Of a stretch of DNA of 64,000 nt, positions 12,970 through 23,871 are shown piece by piece. A program made the translations under genes and the position numbers. Numbering within the stretch: the stretch's first letter is position 1; each line of letters begins with the position of its first letter. The stretch comes from Squalus acanthias (lineage: Eukaryota): the NCBI GenBank assembly GCA_030390025.1, contig CM059438.1, positions 64,172,001 to 64,236,000 on the forward strand, given 5' to 3'. The notes below the pieces were generated by a model. The model was not told the origin of the DNA and made no database searches. It saw only the letters and a list, made by a program, of their open reading frames with translations.

Positions 12970-14691
12970 GACTGTTTTCACTTTAGAAGACACTACAACA
13001 TCCCAATAATGGATAATCAAGGGGCCACAGGGAGTGGGGAACTAAAGACAATCACTATCACTAAGGAAATAGTACTTGGTAAAATAATGGGACTAAAAGA
13101 CGACAAGTCCCCTGGACCAGATGGCCTGCATCCCAGGGTCTTAAAAGAAGTGGCTGCAGAGATAGTGGATGCATTGGTTGCAATATACCAAAATTCCCTG
13201 GACTCTGGAGAGGTCCCAGTGGATTGGAAAACCGTTAATGTAACACCCCTATTTAAGAAAGGAGGGAGACAGAAAGCAGGAAACTATAGACCAGTTAGCC
13301 TAACATCTGTCGTTGGGAAAATGCTGGAGTCCTTCATTAAGGAAGCAGTAGCAGGGCATTTAGAAAAACATACTGCAGTCAAACAGAGTCAGCATGGTTT
13401 TAGGAAAGGGAAATCATGTTTAACAAATTTGCTGGAGTTCTTTGAGGATGTAACAAGCAGGGTGGAGAAAAGGGAACCAGTGGATGTGGTATATTTGGAT
13501 TTCCAGAAGGCATTCGATAAGGTGCCACATAAAAGGTTACTACACAAGATAAGAGCTCACGGAGTCGTGGGTAATATATTAGCATGGATAGAGAATTGGC
13601 TAACTAACAGAAAGCAGAGAGTCAGGATAAATGGGTCATTTTCTGGTTGGCAAACAATAACTAGTGGGGTGCCACAAGGATCAGTGCTGGGGCCTCAACT
13701 ATTTACAATCTATATTAATGACTTGGATGAAGGGATCGAGTGTAATGTAGCCAAGTTTGCAGATGATACAAAGATGGGTGGGAAAGCAAGTTGTGCAGAG
13801 GACTCAAATAATCTGCAAAGGGATATAGACAGGCTAGGTGAGTGGGCAAACATTTGGCAGATGGAGTATAATGTGGGAAAGTGCGAGGTTATACACTTTG
13901 GCAGGAAAAATATAAAAGCAAACTATTATTTAAATGGAGAGATTACAAAATGCTGCAGTTCAGAGAGACCTGGGGGTCCTTGTGCATGAAACATAAAAAG
14001 TTAGCATGCAGGTACAGCAAATAATCAAAAAGGCAAATGGAATGTTGGCCTTTATTTCAAGGGGGTTGGAGTATAAAAGCAGGGAAGTCCTGCTACAACT
14101 GAACAAGGTATTGGTGAGACCACACCTTGAGTATTGCGTACAGTTTTGGTCTCCTTATTTAAGGAAGGATATACTTGCATTGGAGACAGTTCAGAGACGA
14201 TTCACTAAGTTAATCCCAGAGATGAGGGGTTTGACTTATGAGGAAAGGTTGAGCAGGTTGGGCCTATACTCATTGGAATTTAGAAGAATGAGAGGTGATC
14301 TTATTGAAACATATAAGATACTGAGGGGGCTCGACAGGGTAGATGCAGAGAGGATGTTTCCCCTCATGGGGAAATCTAGAACTCTGGGGCACAGTCTCAG
14401 AATAAAGGGTCGTCCTTTTAGAACTGAGATGAGGAGGAACTTCTTCTCTCAGAGGGTCGTAAATTTGTGGAATTCTCTGCCCCAGAGAGCTGTGGAGGCT
14501 GGGCCATTAAATACGTTTAAGGTGGAGATAGACAAATTTTTGCAAGATAAGGGAGTGAAGGGTTATGGGGAGCGGGCAGGGAAGTGGCTTTGAGCCCTAG
14601 ATCAGCCATGATCTTATTGAATGGCGGAGCAGGCTCGAGGGGCCAAGTGGCCTATTTCTGCTCCTATTTCTTATGTTCTTATGTTCTTATG
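12970..14691 (+). mobile_element. 5'-truncated CR1 LINE, ORF2 reverse transcriptase, frameshifted near 13940
   Basis: KSPGPDG, NYRPVSLTS, LDFQKAFD, GVPQGS and KFADD in ORF 13009-13989. C-terminus in 14006-14593. (TTCTTATG)n tail. Confidence 0.95.
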
Positions 14692-14888
14692 ACTGCAATC
14701 CAATGTTCAAAAACCCTAAGAAGCCACTGCTGTATTATGTAGCCACTCTACGTGACAATATCTGGAATGTTAAGTTCCAGCTGCTCTGTGCGTTCTTCTT
14801 GCTTGATGTTACCTGTTACTTATGCCATTGAAAATAGGTTCATCAAATTCCAACAGCAAGACGAGATTACCAAGGAGATATAGGGTTA

Positions 14889-17800
14889 GGTAGCATAGTG
14901 GTTATGTTATTGGACAAGTAATCCAGAGGCCTGGACTAATGATCCAGGGACGTGAGTTCAAATCCCACCACAGCGGTTGGGAAACTTAAATTCAGTTAAT
15001 CAAATAAATCTGGAATTTAAAAAAACTAGTATCAGTAATGGTGACCATGAAACTACTGGATTGTCGTAAAAACCATCTGATCCACTAATGTCCTTTAGGA
15101 AATGAAAGCTACCGTCCTTACCTGGTCTGGCCTATATGTGACTCCAGACCCACAGCAATGTGGTTGAATCTTAACTGCACCTCTGAAATGGCCCAGCAAG
15201 CCACTCAGTTGTATCAAACTGCTGCAAAACAGTATAAAAGTACAAACCACCCACCATCGACCTAGGCACTGGCTTTGGACACGAAAAAGGCACACCCAGC
15301 CCAGTCGACCCTGCAATGTCCTTCTCACTAACATCTGGGGGCTTGTGCCGAAACTGGGAGAGCTGTCCCACAGACTAGTCAAGCAACAGCCTCACAGAAT
15401 CATACCTTTCAGCTGATGTCACAGACACCTCCATCACCATCCCTGGGCATGGCATGTCTCACCAACAGGACAGACCCACCAGGGGTGGTGGGACAGTGGT
15501 ATACAGTCGGGAGGGAGTGGCCCCGGGAGACTTCAACATTGACTCCGGACCCCATGAAGTCTCATGTCATCAGGTCATGGCATGGGCAAGGAAACCTCCT
15601 GCTGATTACCACCTACCGCCCTCCCTCAGCTGATGAATCAGTACTTCTCCATGTTGAACACTACTTGGAAGAAGCACTGAGGGTAGCAACGGCACAGAAT
15701 GTACTCTGGGTGGGGGATCAAGAGTGGCTCAGTAGCACCACTACTGACATAGCTGCCAGACTGGGCCTGCGGCAGGTTGTTACTTACATGAACGAAAAGC
15801 CTACTTTCTTCACCAATCTACCTGTCGCAGATGCAAGTGTCCATGACAGTATTGGTAGGAGTGGCCATCGCACAGTCCTTGAATCATTCTCCATCATGCT
15901 GTGTGGCACTACCTCGGTGCTAAATGGGATTGGTTCAGAACAGATCTAGCAGCTCAAACCTGGGCATCCATGAGGAGCTGTAGGCCATCAGCAGCAACAG
16001 AATTGCATTCTACCACAATCTGTAACCTCATGGCCCCGACATATCCTCACTCTACCATTAAGAAAGACTTGCATTTATATAGCGCCTTTCACGACCACCG
16101 GATGCCTCAAAGTGCTTTACAGCCAATGAAGTACTATTTGAAGTGGAGTCACTGTTGTAATGTGGAAAATGCAGCAGCCAATTTGTGCACAGCAAGCTCC
16201 CACAAACAGCAATGTGTTAATGACCAGATAATCTGTTTTTGTTATGTTGGTTGAGGGATAAATATTGGCCAGGACACCGGGGAGAACTCCCCTGCTCTTC
16301 TTCGAAATAGTGCCGTGGGATCTTTTACGTCCACCTGAGAGAGCAGACAGGGCCTCGGTTTAACGTCTCATCCGAAAGACGGCACCTCCAACAGTGCAGC
16401 GCTCCCTCAGCACTGCACTGGAGTGTCAGCCTAGCTTTATGTGCTCACGTCCCTGGAGTGGGACTTGAACCCACAACCTTCCTGACTCAGAGGCGAGTGT
16501 GCTAACCCACTAAGCCACAGCTGACAGCGGCCAACCTTGGTTCAGTGATAAGTGTAGAAGAGCATGCCAGGAGCAGCACCAGGTGTACCTAAAAATGAGG
16601 TGCCAACCTGCTGAAGGTACAACACTGGATTACGTTCATGCTAAATAGTGGAAGCAGCATGCTATAGACAGAGCTAAGTGATCCCACAAACAACGGATCA
16701 GATCAGAGCTCTGTAGTCATGCCACATGCAGTGATGTATGGTGGTGGACCATTAAACAACTAATGGGAGGAGGAGGCTTCATGAACCTCCCCATCCTCAA
16801 TGTTGGCAGAGCCCAGCATGTGAGTGCAAAAGACAAGGCTGAAGCATTCGCAACCATCTTCAAGTGCCGAGTGGATGATCCATCTTGGCCTCCTTCTGAG
16901 GTCTCCACCATCACAGATGCGAGTCTTCAGTCAATTCAGTTCACTCCACATGATAGCAAGAAACATCTGAGCGCACTAGATATGGCAAAGGCTATGGGCC
17001 CCGACAACATCCCAGCTGTAGTGCTGAAAAATTGTGCTCCAGAACTAGCCGTGCCTCTAGCCAAGCTGTTCCAGTACAGCTACAACACCCGACAAAGTGG
17101 AAATTTGCCCAGGTATCCATAAAAAGCAGGACAAATCAAATCCGACCAATTACTGCCCTATCAACCTACTCTGCATCATCAGCAAAGTGCTGGAAGGTGT
17201 CATCGACAGTGCTATCAAGCGCCACTTACTCACCAATAAGTTGCTAACTGATGCTCAGCTTGGGTTCTGCCAGGATCACTCTGCTCCAGACCTCATTACA
17301 GCCTTGGTCCAAACATGGATAAAAGAGCCGAATTCCAGAGGTGAGGTGAGACTGTGGCACCAAGGAGCCCAATTAAAATTGAAGTCAATGGGGATCGGGG
17401 GAAAATTCTTCACTGGCTGGAGTCATACCTAGCACAAAGAAAGATGGTTGTGGTTGTTGGAGGCCAATCATCTCAGCCCCAGGACATCGCTGCAGAAGTT
17501 TTTCAGGGCAATGCCTGAGGCCCAATCATCTTCAGCTGATTCATCAATGACCTTCCCTCCATCACAAGGTCAGAAGTGGAGATGTTTGCTGATGATTGCA
17601 GTGTTCAGTTCCATTCGCAATTCCTCAGATAATAAAGCAGTCCATACCCACATGCAGCAAGACCTGGACAATATCCATGCTTGGGCTGATAAGTGGCAAG
17701 TAACATTTGTGCCACACAAGTGCCAGACAATGACCACTCCAACAAGAGAGAGTCTAACCACCTCCCCTTGATATTCAATGGCACTACCATCATTGAATCT

Positions 17801-18478
17801 GCCACCATAAACATCCTGGGGTCACCATTGACCAGAAACTTAACTGGACCAACCACATATATACTGTGTCGACAAGAGCAGGTCAAAGGCTGCGTATTCT
17901 GCAGTGAGTGACTCAGCTCCTGTCTCCCCAAAGCCTTTCCACCACCTACAAGGCACAAGTAAGGAGTGTGATGGAATACTCTCCACTTGCCTGGATGAGT
18001 GCAGCTCTAACAACACTCAAGAAGCTCAACACCATCCAGGACAAAGCAGCCCGCTTGATCGACACCCCATCCACCACCTTAAACATTCGCTCCCTCCACC
18101 ACCGGCGTACCGTGGCTGCAGTGTGTACCATCTACAAGATGCACTGTAGCAACTCGCCAAGGCTTCTTCGACAGTACCGCCGAAACCCGAGACCTCTTCC
18201 ACCTAGAAGGAGAAGGGAAGCAGGCACATGGGAACACCACCACCTCCAAGTTCCCCTCCAAGTCACACACCATCCTGACTTGGAAGTATATCGCCTTTCC
18301 TTTATTGTTGCTGGGTCAAAATCCTGGAACTCCCTCCCCAACAACACTGTGGGAGTACCTTCACCACACGGACTGCAGCAGTTCAAGAAGGCGGCTCACC
18401 ACCACCTTCTCAAGGGCAATTAGGGATGGGCAATAAATGCTGGCCTTGCCAATGACACCCACATCCCGTGAATGAATA
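14889..18478 (+). mobile_element. Decayed APE+RT LINE (CR1 group) with a tRNA-derived 5' head and no ORF1
   Basis: A box TAGCATAGTGG at 14891 and B box GTTCAAATC at 14956. APE motifs LLTNIWGL (15321), TTYRPPS and WVGD. RT motifs KAMGPDNIP, NYCPINLL and MFADDC (17582). 3'UTR ends CACATCCCGTGAATGAAT. Confidence 0.85.
16060..16526 (-). mobile_element. tRNA-derived SINE with Deu-domain-like core and L2-like tail, inserted in the LINE
   Basis: Head TGGCTTAGTGG / GGTTCAAGTCC on the minus strand. The core resembles the Deu domain of AmnSINE1/SacSINE1. Tail AAAGGCGCTATATAAATGCAAGTCTTTCTT. Colinear with 63336-63800. Confidence 0.9.
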
Positions 18479-18947
18479 GTAAGAAAAGCATAGTTCTGGT
18501 TGTGTGAAATATTTTGCAGACCTCCAATAATTATCAGTTGGAATTAGATGAAGTTCACCATCTCAATTTTGGAGCAGAAGCATTTCTAATCGTCGGTATT
18601 TTTAACTCTGCATTATTTTCTGATGCTCTCCCTATATTTGTTTAATTTATCCTTCACTTTCTTTCTGTTCATATTTTATTTCATTTAATTTCAGCACAGC
18701 CTTTGATCTTTCATGAATTTCACTCATTGCTGGGAAGCCTTTCTTTGGCTGATGTTTAAGTTTCTTGGCTCCACCATTCTTCAATTGTTGCCCTGGATCG
18801 CTTTAACACCTTTGAGCTCTTTTTGGAGTTGTCTTTTAATTGCTGCTCGTTCACTCTTCCAGGAAAGTGTGGATCTTTCTTTGCTTGTCATTCTTCTGAA
18901 GAAACAAGGTGCAAAATTAAAATTAAAATTAAAATCAAAATTAAAAA

Positions 18948-19113
18948 TTTAAGGAGATAGATAGATTTCTAGACACAAAAGGCATCAAGGGGTATGGGGA
19001 GAGAGCGGGAATATGGTATTGAGATAGAGGATCAGCCATGATCATATTGAATGGCGGAGCAGGCTCGAAGGTCCGAATGGCCTACTCCTGCTCCTATTTT
19101 TCTATGTTTCTAT
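18948..19113 (+). mobile_element. CR1 3' end fragment
   Basis: Matches the 3' end of the CR1 at 14516-14691, with a TTTCTATG tail. Confidence 0.85.
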
Positions 19114-19197
19114 ATCACCTTTAGTAATGTTATGTGGATACTCTTGTTGAACCATGTATATTGGAGCTGTATTGATGGCCATTGTGACTAATACTGA

Positions 19198-19326
19198 CAA
19201 CTACCGTCTGCCCCACCTGTGACAGAGACTGTAGGTCCCGCATTGGACTCATCAGTCACCTGAGAACTCATTTTTAATGTGGAAGCAAGTCATCCTCGGT
19301 TCCGAGGGACTGCCTAAGAAGAAGAA
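19198..19326 (+). mobile_element. RTE LINE 3' end fragment
   Basis: Near-identical to 52501-52622 (CPTCDRDCRSRIGLISHLRTH) with a (GAA)n tail. Confidence 0.85.
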
Positions 19327-19334
19327 AATCAGAA

Positions 19335-20140
19335 TACTTGTCCAACAGGCAGTTGGATGAGTCTTAACTTCTTCCAGCTAAACTTTGGAAGGACTGAAGT
19401 TATTGTCTTCAGCCCCACCCATAAACTTCATACTTGAGCCAGTGACTCCATTCTCTTCCCCGGCAACTATACCAGACGGAACCACATTGTTTAAGTCTGG
19501 ATTTCTGACCTCATTTCTTCTCCATCGCAAAGACCGTCTCCTTCCACGTCTGTAACATTGCCTGCCTTTGCCCCCACCTCAGTAAATCTGCCAGTGAAAC
19601 CCCCAAAAATGCCTTTGTCAATTCCAAACTCAAATTATTCCAAATTCTCTTGGCATCCCGTTCTCTACTCTCCATAAATGTTCACTCATTCAAAGCTCTG
19701 CTGCTCTTTTCCTATCCTGCTCCAAACCCCAAACACTCGCCACCCCTGTCCTCATTGACCAACATTGGCTTCTGGTCTTGCAAAACTTTTAAATTGCTCC
19801 AAGGCCTTGCTCCTCCCTATCTATGTAAGCTCTTTCAGTCCTACAAAACCCTGTGAATTCTGTTCTTCTGGCTCTAGCCTTCTATGCACATCTTCCTTCC
19901 CTTTTCTCCACCATCGGCATCTGTACCTTCAGCTGCCTACTTTTCACTCTCTGGAAATCCTTCCTTAAACAGCTCCAGCTCTCCATCTTTAAGACTTTCC
20001 TGAAATCCCATCTCTTTGACCAAAGTTTTGGTCACCCCTCCTAATCTCTCCTTTATCTCAGAGCCCCTTTTCTTCAAGCCTCTGTCAAGTGTCTCGGGAC
20101 ATTTTTCTACATTAAAAGCACTCTATGGATGCAAGTTGTT
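19335..20140 (+). mobile_element. Old L2 LINE 3' fragment
   Basis: Degenerate NFFQLN..KTE, GLAPPYL and FKTFLKSHLFDQSF. The tail resembles 42300-42436. Confidence 0.75.
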
Positions 20141-20271
20141 AATGTTCTTTAAATGTACAGCAAATTGCTACTAATGATTGATGATGCCGGCATGTCCAAC
20201 CTATAGTCCTCGGACCACAGGCAGTTTTCAAGCCCTGGCACCAGTATCTGCTTGTATCAGTAATTTGGCAC

Positions 20272-20693
20272 TCTTCATCCCCCTCCAGTTCAAACTGGGT
20301 CTCTTCTTCACCCTCCAGTTCAAACGGGGTCTCTTCTTCACCCTCTAGTTCAAACTGGATCTCTTCATCCCCCTCTAGTTCAAACTGGATCTCTTCATCT
20401 CCCTCCAGTTCAAACTGGATCTCTTCTTCCCCCTCTAGTTCAAACTGGATCTCTTCTTCCCCCTCTAGTTCAAACTGGATCTCTTCTTCACCCTCCAGTT
20501 CAAACTGGATCTCTTCTTCCCCCTCCAGTTCAAACTGGGTCTCTTCTTCACCCTCTAGTTCAAACTGGGTCTCTTAATCCCCCTCCATTTCAAACTGGGT
20601 CTCTTCTTCACCCTCCAGTTCAAACTGGGTCTCTTCTTCACCCTCCAGTTCAAACTGGGTCTCTTCTTCCCCCTATAATTCAAGCTGGCACTC
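20272..20693. repeat. 30-bp minisatellite, about 14 copies
   Basis: Unit CCCTC(C/T)AGTTCAAACTGG(G/A)TCTCTTCTTC(A/C), with the period visible directly. Confidence 0.95.
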
Positions 20694-22982
20694 TACCCCC
20701 CACCCCTCAGATGATACTGACACTCTTCTTCCTCACACCCTCTGATTCAATACTGACGTTTTCCTTCCTCTTCCACCCCAAAGCACTGCTGCCAGCTTCT
20801 GTCCCTCTTCCCTCTCTCTCCCAATGCCACTCATTTCCCCCTTTTCCCTTTACCCTTCATTGCTATCCATTCCCCTCACATCCTGCTCAGCGCTGAGAGT
20901 GCTTGAATGCTACTGCTAATGGAAGAGATTCCGGCCACTGTACACTGCAATAGGGCCTCCTATTCTCAAGAGAATTCTCATCTGCAGCATGCAGCAGGTG
21001 AGATCCCTTCCATTAGCAGCAGGACTCTTGTACAAGCAGCTGTGATGGAGGAGGGAGCCGATCCACACTGAGCAAATACTGATGGCTGGCATGCATGATT
21101 AGCATGCTTGCAATCTTTCCCCATTTACACTGTCAGTAAGATTGCCATGGTACATACAGTCTTCACCTGTTTTCATAGTGAACATGTTCATCAGCAGTAG
21201 ACTTTGTAGAATTAATCTTTCACCTTGTTAGGAAGTGTTCTAAGTGTTGGGCATATACCTTATTTACTGTTACCTGACACAAGCCTTGCGTATTTGAAAT
21301 CAAAGTTTGAAACCTAGGTGAAGGGCCGAGCTCAGAGTGTAAAGAGGAGAAGAGATTATGTAAATTCAGCTAACACCAAGTTTGCCTTCCAAGCTTGCAC
21401 TTTGTTGGGGGAATGAAAACCCAAGGGACATCAGGAGCTCCACATGAGGCCTGAGGAGAAAATGAGTTTGAGTAATTGGTGAGGCAAGTCTGATTTCAAT
21501 ACGGACTTTGAAGAGGAAGAGCATGTAGAGGCAGAGAATTTGGAACTCAGGAGCAACAAGGTAGTGGAATTCAGAGGAGGATTAACAATAGTAGTATTGA
21601 TTTAAAATATACAGACTCAAGAAATGTGAGAGAGAAAGAGTTTGCCTATCATATGATGAGCATGTTCTTGTAAGAAGTACCTCCACAGATCGACATAACA
21701 CACTTGGCTGATGTGCATTCTCTGCATCAGTATTTTAGACTGCAGAAGTTAACAATCTCACTGATTTTTTTTGTCTATACCAGATGTGGTGTAACAGATG
21801 CTTGTAAATGTTGTTCTTCCATTTCATTAATTACCATATCTAAGTCACATCAAGGACTAGACCATTGCACCTCTTCACTGACTTTAATCCAGACGTCATT
21901 ACTAGGATGTGATATTTCTTGCTGTGCCTGCAATAAGGAAACCATTGTCCTTGAGCATTAAATTAAATTTAGCACACATTCATCTGGTGTATTTTCTTCC
22001 CAGTTCTCCTTTTCTCCCGACCTCTAAAGGTGCGGTTCCACGTGGAGTCGGAGTCCATAGGCATCAACAGTTCTGTGGCACCTCAGCTAAATGCACTTTC
22101 ACCATGCGTCAACTCAGACAGCGAGTGCCAGCAGACATGAGGTCATCACCACTGAGCCCAAGCCTGTCCTCACATGTGTGTACTTCCCAACAGGGAACAC
22201 TGGTACCTTCTGGTATGTATAGCCCAGTATCACACTGCATGGTCATTTACCCAATAAAATATGGGGAGAGGAGAATTAAGTCATTTCGTTCTTGGGCCTT
22301 TTCCATATCTTATTTGACCCCATAACATCAAGCTAACACAAAATGTTAATTTTATAATCTCAGTTGCAAAACCTTCTTTCAAACTCCTACTTAGTGCAAT
22401 TACCTTTAATTATCCTGTAAAACGTAGTAACCACAACAGCAAATCCACAGATTTATTGTATGTTAATTTCAGTGCATGGGGAGTGGGTTTCATTGGAAAC
22501 TCATTAAATACCTGCGGTCACTGTAGGCGACACTATAATATAAGATCCAAGATAAGGATTTAAGCCAAATTAAAAGTTAAAAAAAATACATAGTTCACAA
22601 TAGCATGATTACATTTACCAACGGAATTGTCTTGTGTGCCTTTTAATTGAAGGCTTCAGCTTCTCCCGAAAGCCGAGGCTTGAATTGAATATTTTTGCTC
22701 AGAGCTGTGCCTCTGAGTTGATTTTGGAATGTGCCATCTGAGCATGTGCAGTGTAGCTAATTTGCCAGGGTTCATCACCGCTGTTCAGTCAGTTTGACTG
22801 CGCGGATATTATTCTTGACCTCCTCGCACTTTCCGTCCCACATGCAGCCTTCGAATAATTTTGAAAAACAAGAGGACAAATTTCAAAAAACTGCACGGAG
22901 GTAAAATTTATACTGAATGTTTTTTTTTGAAAGAGACTGCATGTGAGTGAAAACAACTGCCGATATTCTGATTGGACACATG

Positions 22983-23661
22983 GGCCTAGAAATACGTCAC
23001 GGGCAGTGGCGCAAACCGGACGGTGTCGGATCGGCCGCCCATTATACACAGGGCCTGATATTCATTTCATTGCAGTCACTGGAGCTGAATATCAGGCGTT
23101 GTGTATAATGGGCGGTGTAGGTGAAAAATGAATTCACTCGAGTCTGTCTCAAAGCAGAAGATCACAGTTTATTTAACAGAGCTCTCTGGGAGAAGAGCCA
23201 TAGACCCCGCGGTCCAGTGATCCACTTCTCGTCGTTACACTGGTATCGGAACTTCTTTTATACATTATAGGGTCGGTTACGCAATTCATTACATACAAAT
23301 GTCTTCACCCAATCACATTCCCCCAGCAACAAGCGCCTAATTATAATCTGCACCTTAAGCTAAAAAATGTTACTTCCCTATCGAAACTATAAACATCGAA
23401 ATGTTGTGTCAGCTCTGTCTAGTCGGACTGGCTGGTCATGCGGTGATTGGTTCTCAAGTATAACTGTTGTACTATTATTATCTTGGTGGGCCTCGCACTT
23501 ACGCATGTTGACCACAGACATTACTCATCGCACTGTGTCAGCGAAACCATTCTGTATTTACAAATTTATTACATTCTTTAAGCCCTATAATTTTTACTCT
23601 AACAGGTGGCCGATCTGATACCGTCTGTTTTGCGACACCGCCCGTGACGAATTTCTAGGCC
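22983..23661. mobile_element. Fold-back Harbinger-type MITE (about 185 bp) interrupted by a solo LTR
   Basis: About 54-bp inverted ends GGCCTAGAAAT(A/T)CGTCACGGGC... with an ATG TSD. The internal part is also palindromic (CCGCCCATTATACACA/TGTGTATAATGGGCGG). Confidence 0.85.
23116..23604 (-). mobile_element. Solo LTR (489 bp)
   Basis: TG...CA ends and a 5-bp TSD GGCGG/GGTGG. On the minus strand TATAAAA (near 23260) precedes AATAAA (near 23170). Removal restores the host MITE hairpin. Confidence 0.8.
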
Positions 23662-23871
23662 ATGTTATAGCTATTATTTTGTGTCCTATAAACGTGACAA
23701 AAAATGTATTAAGCTAAGGAGCAGAGAGAGAGAGGCTGGGGTCAGAGAAAGAAAGACAAGAGAGAGACAGTGTGCTTTCTTTATCAAATGTTTCGTTCAG
23801 TGTTCAGAAAAACACACCATTTGAATTTCAAAGGCAACTGATTATCTGCACCTATCTTTCGTTGACATAAT

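Noticed and set aside
20272..20693. Regular 30-bp repeats as a CRISPR array
   Set aside because: Units are head to tail with no unique spacers, there are no cas genes, and the context is eukaryotic.
20910..21022. 21-bp imperfect inverted repeat
   Set aside because: No TSD or second copy in the window, so too little to call.
11700..21960. Scattered minus-strand remnants of an ancient LINE or transposase (12200-12960, 18480-18900, 21700-21960)
   Set aside because: Only faint coding-like texture, and no motif could be read with confidence.
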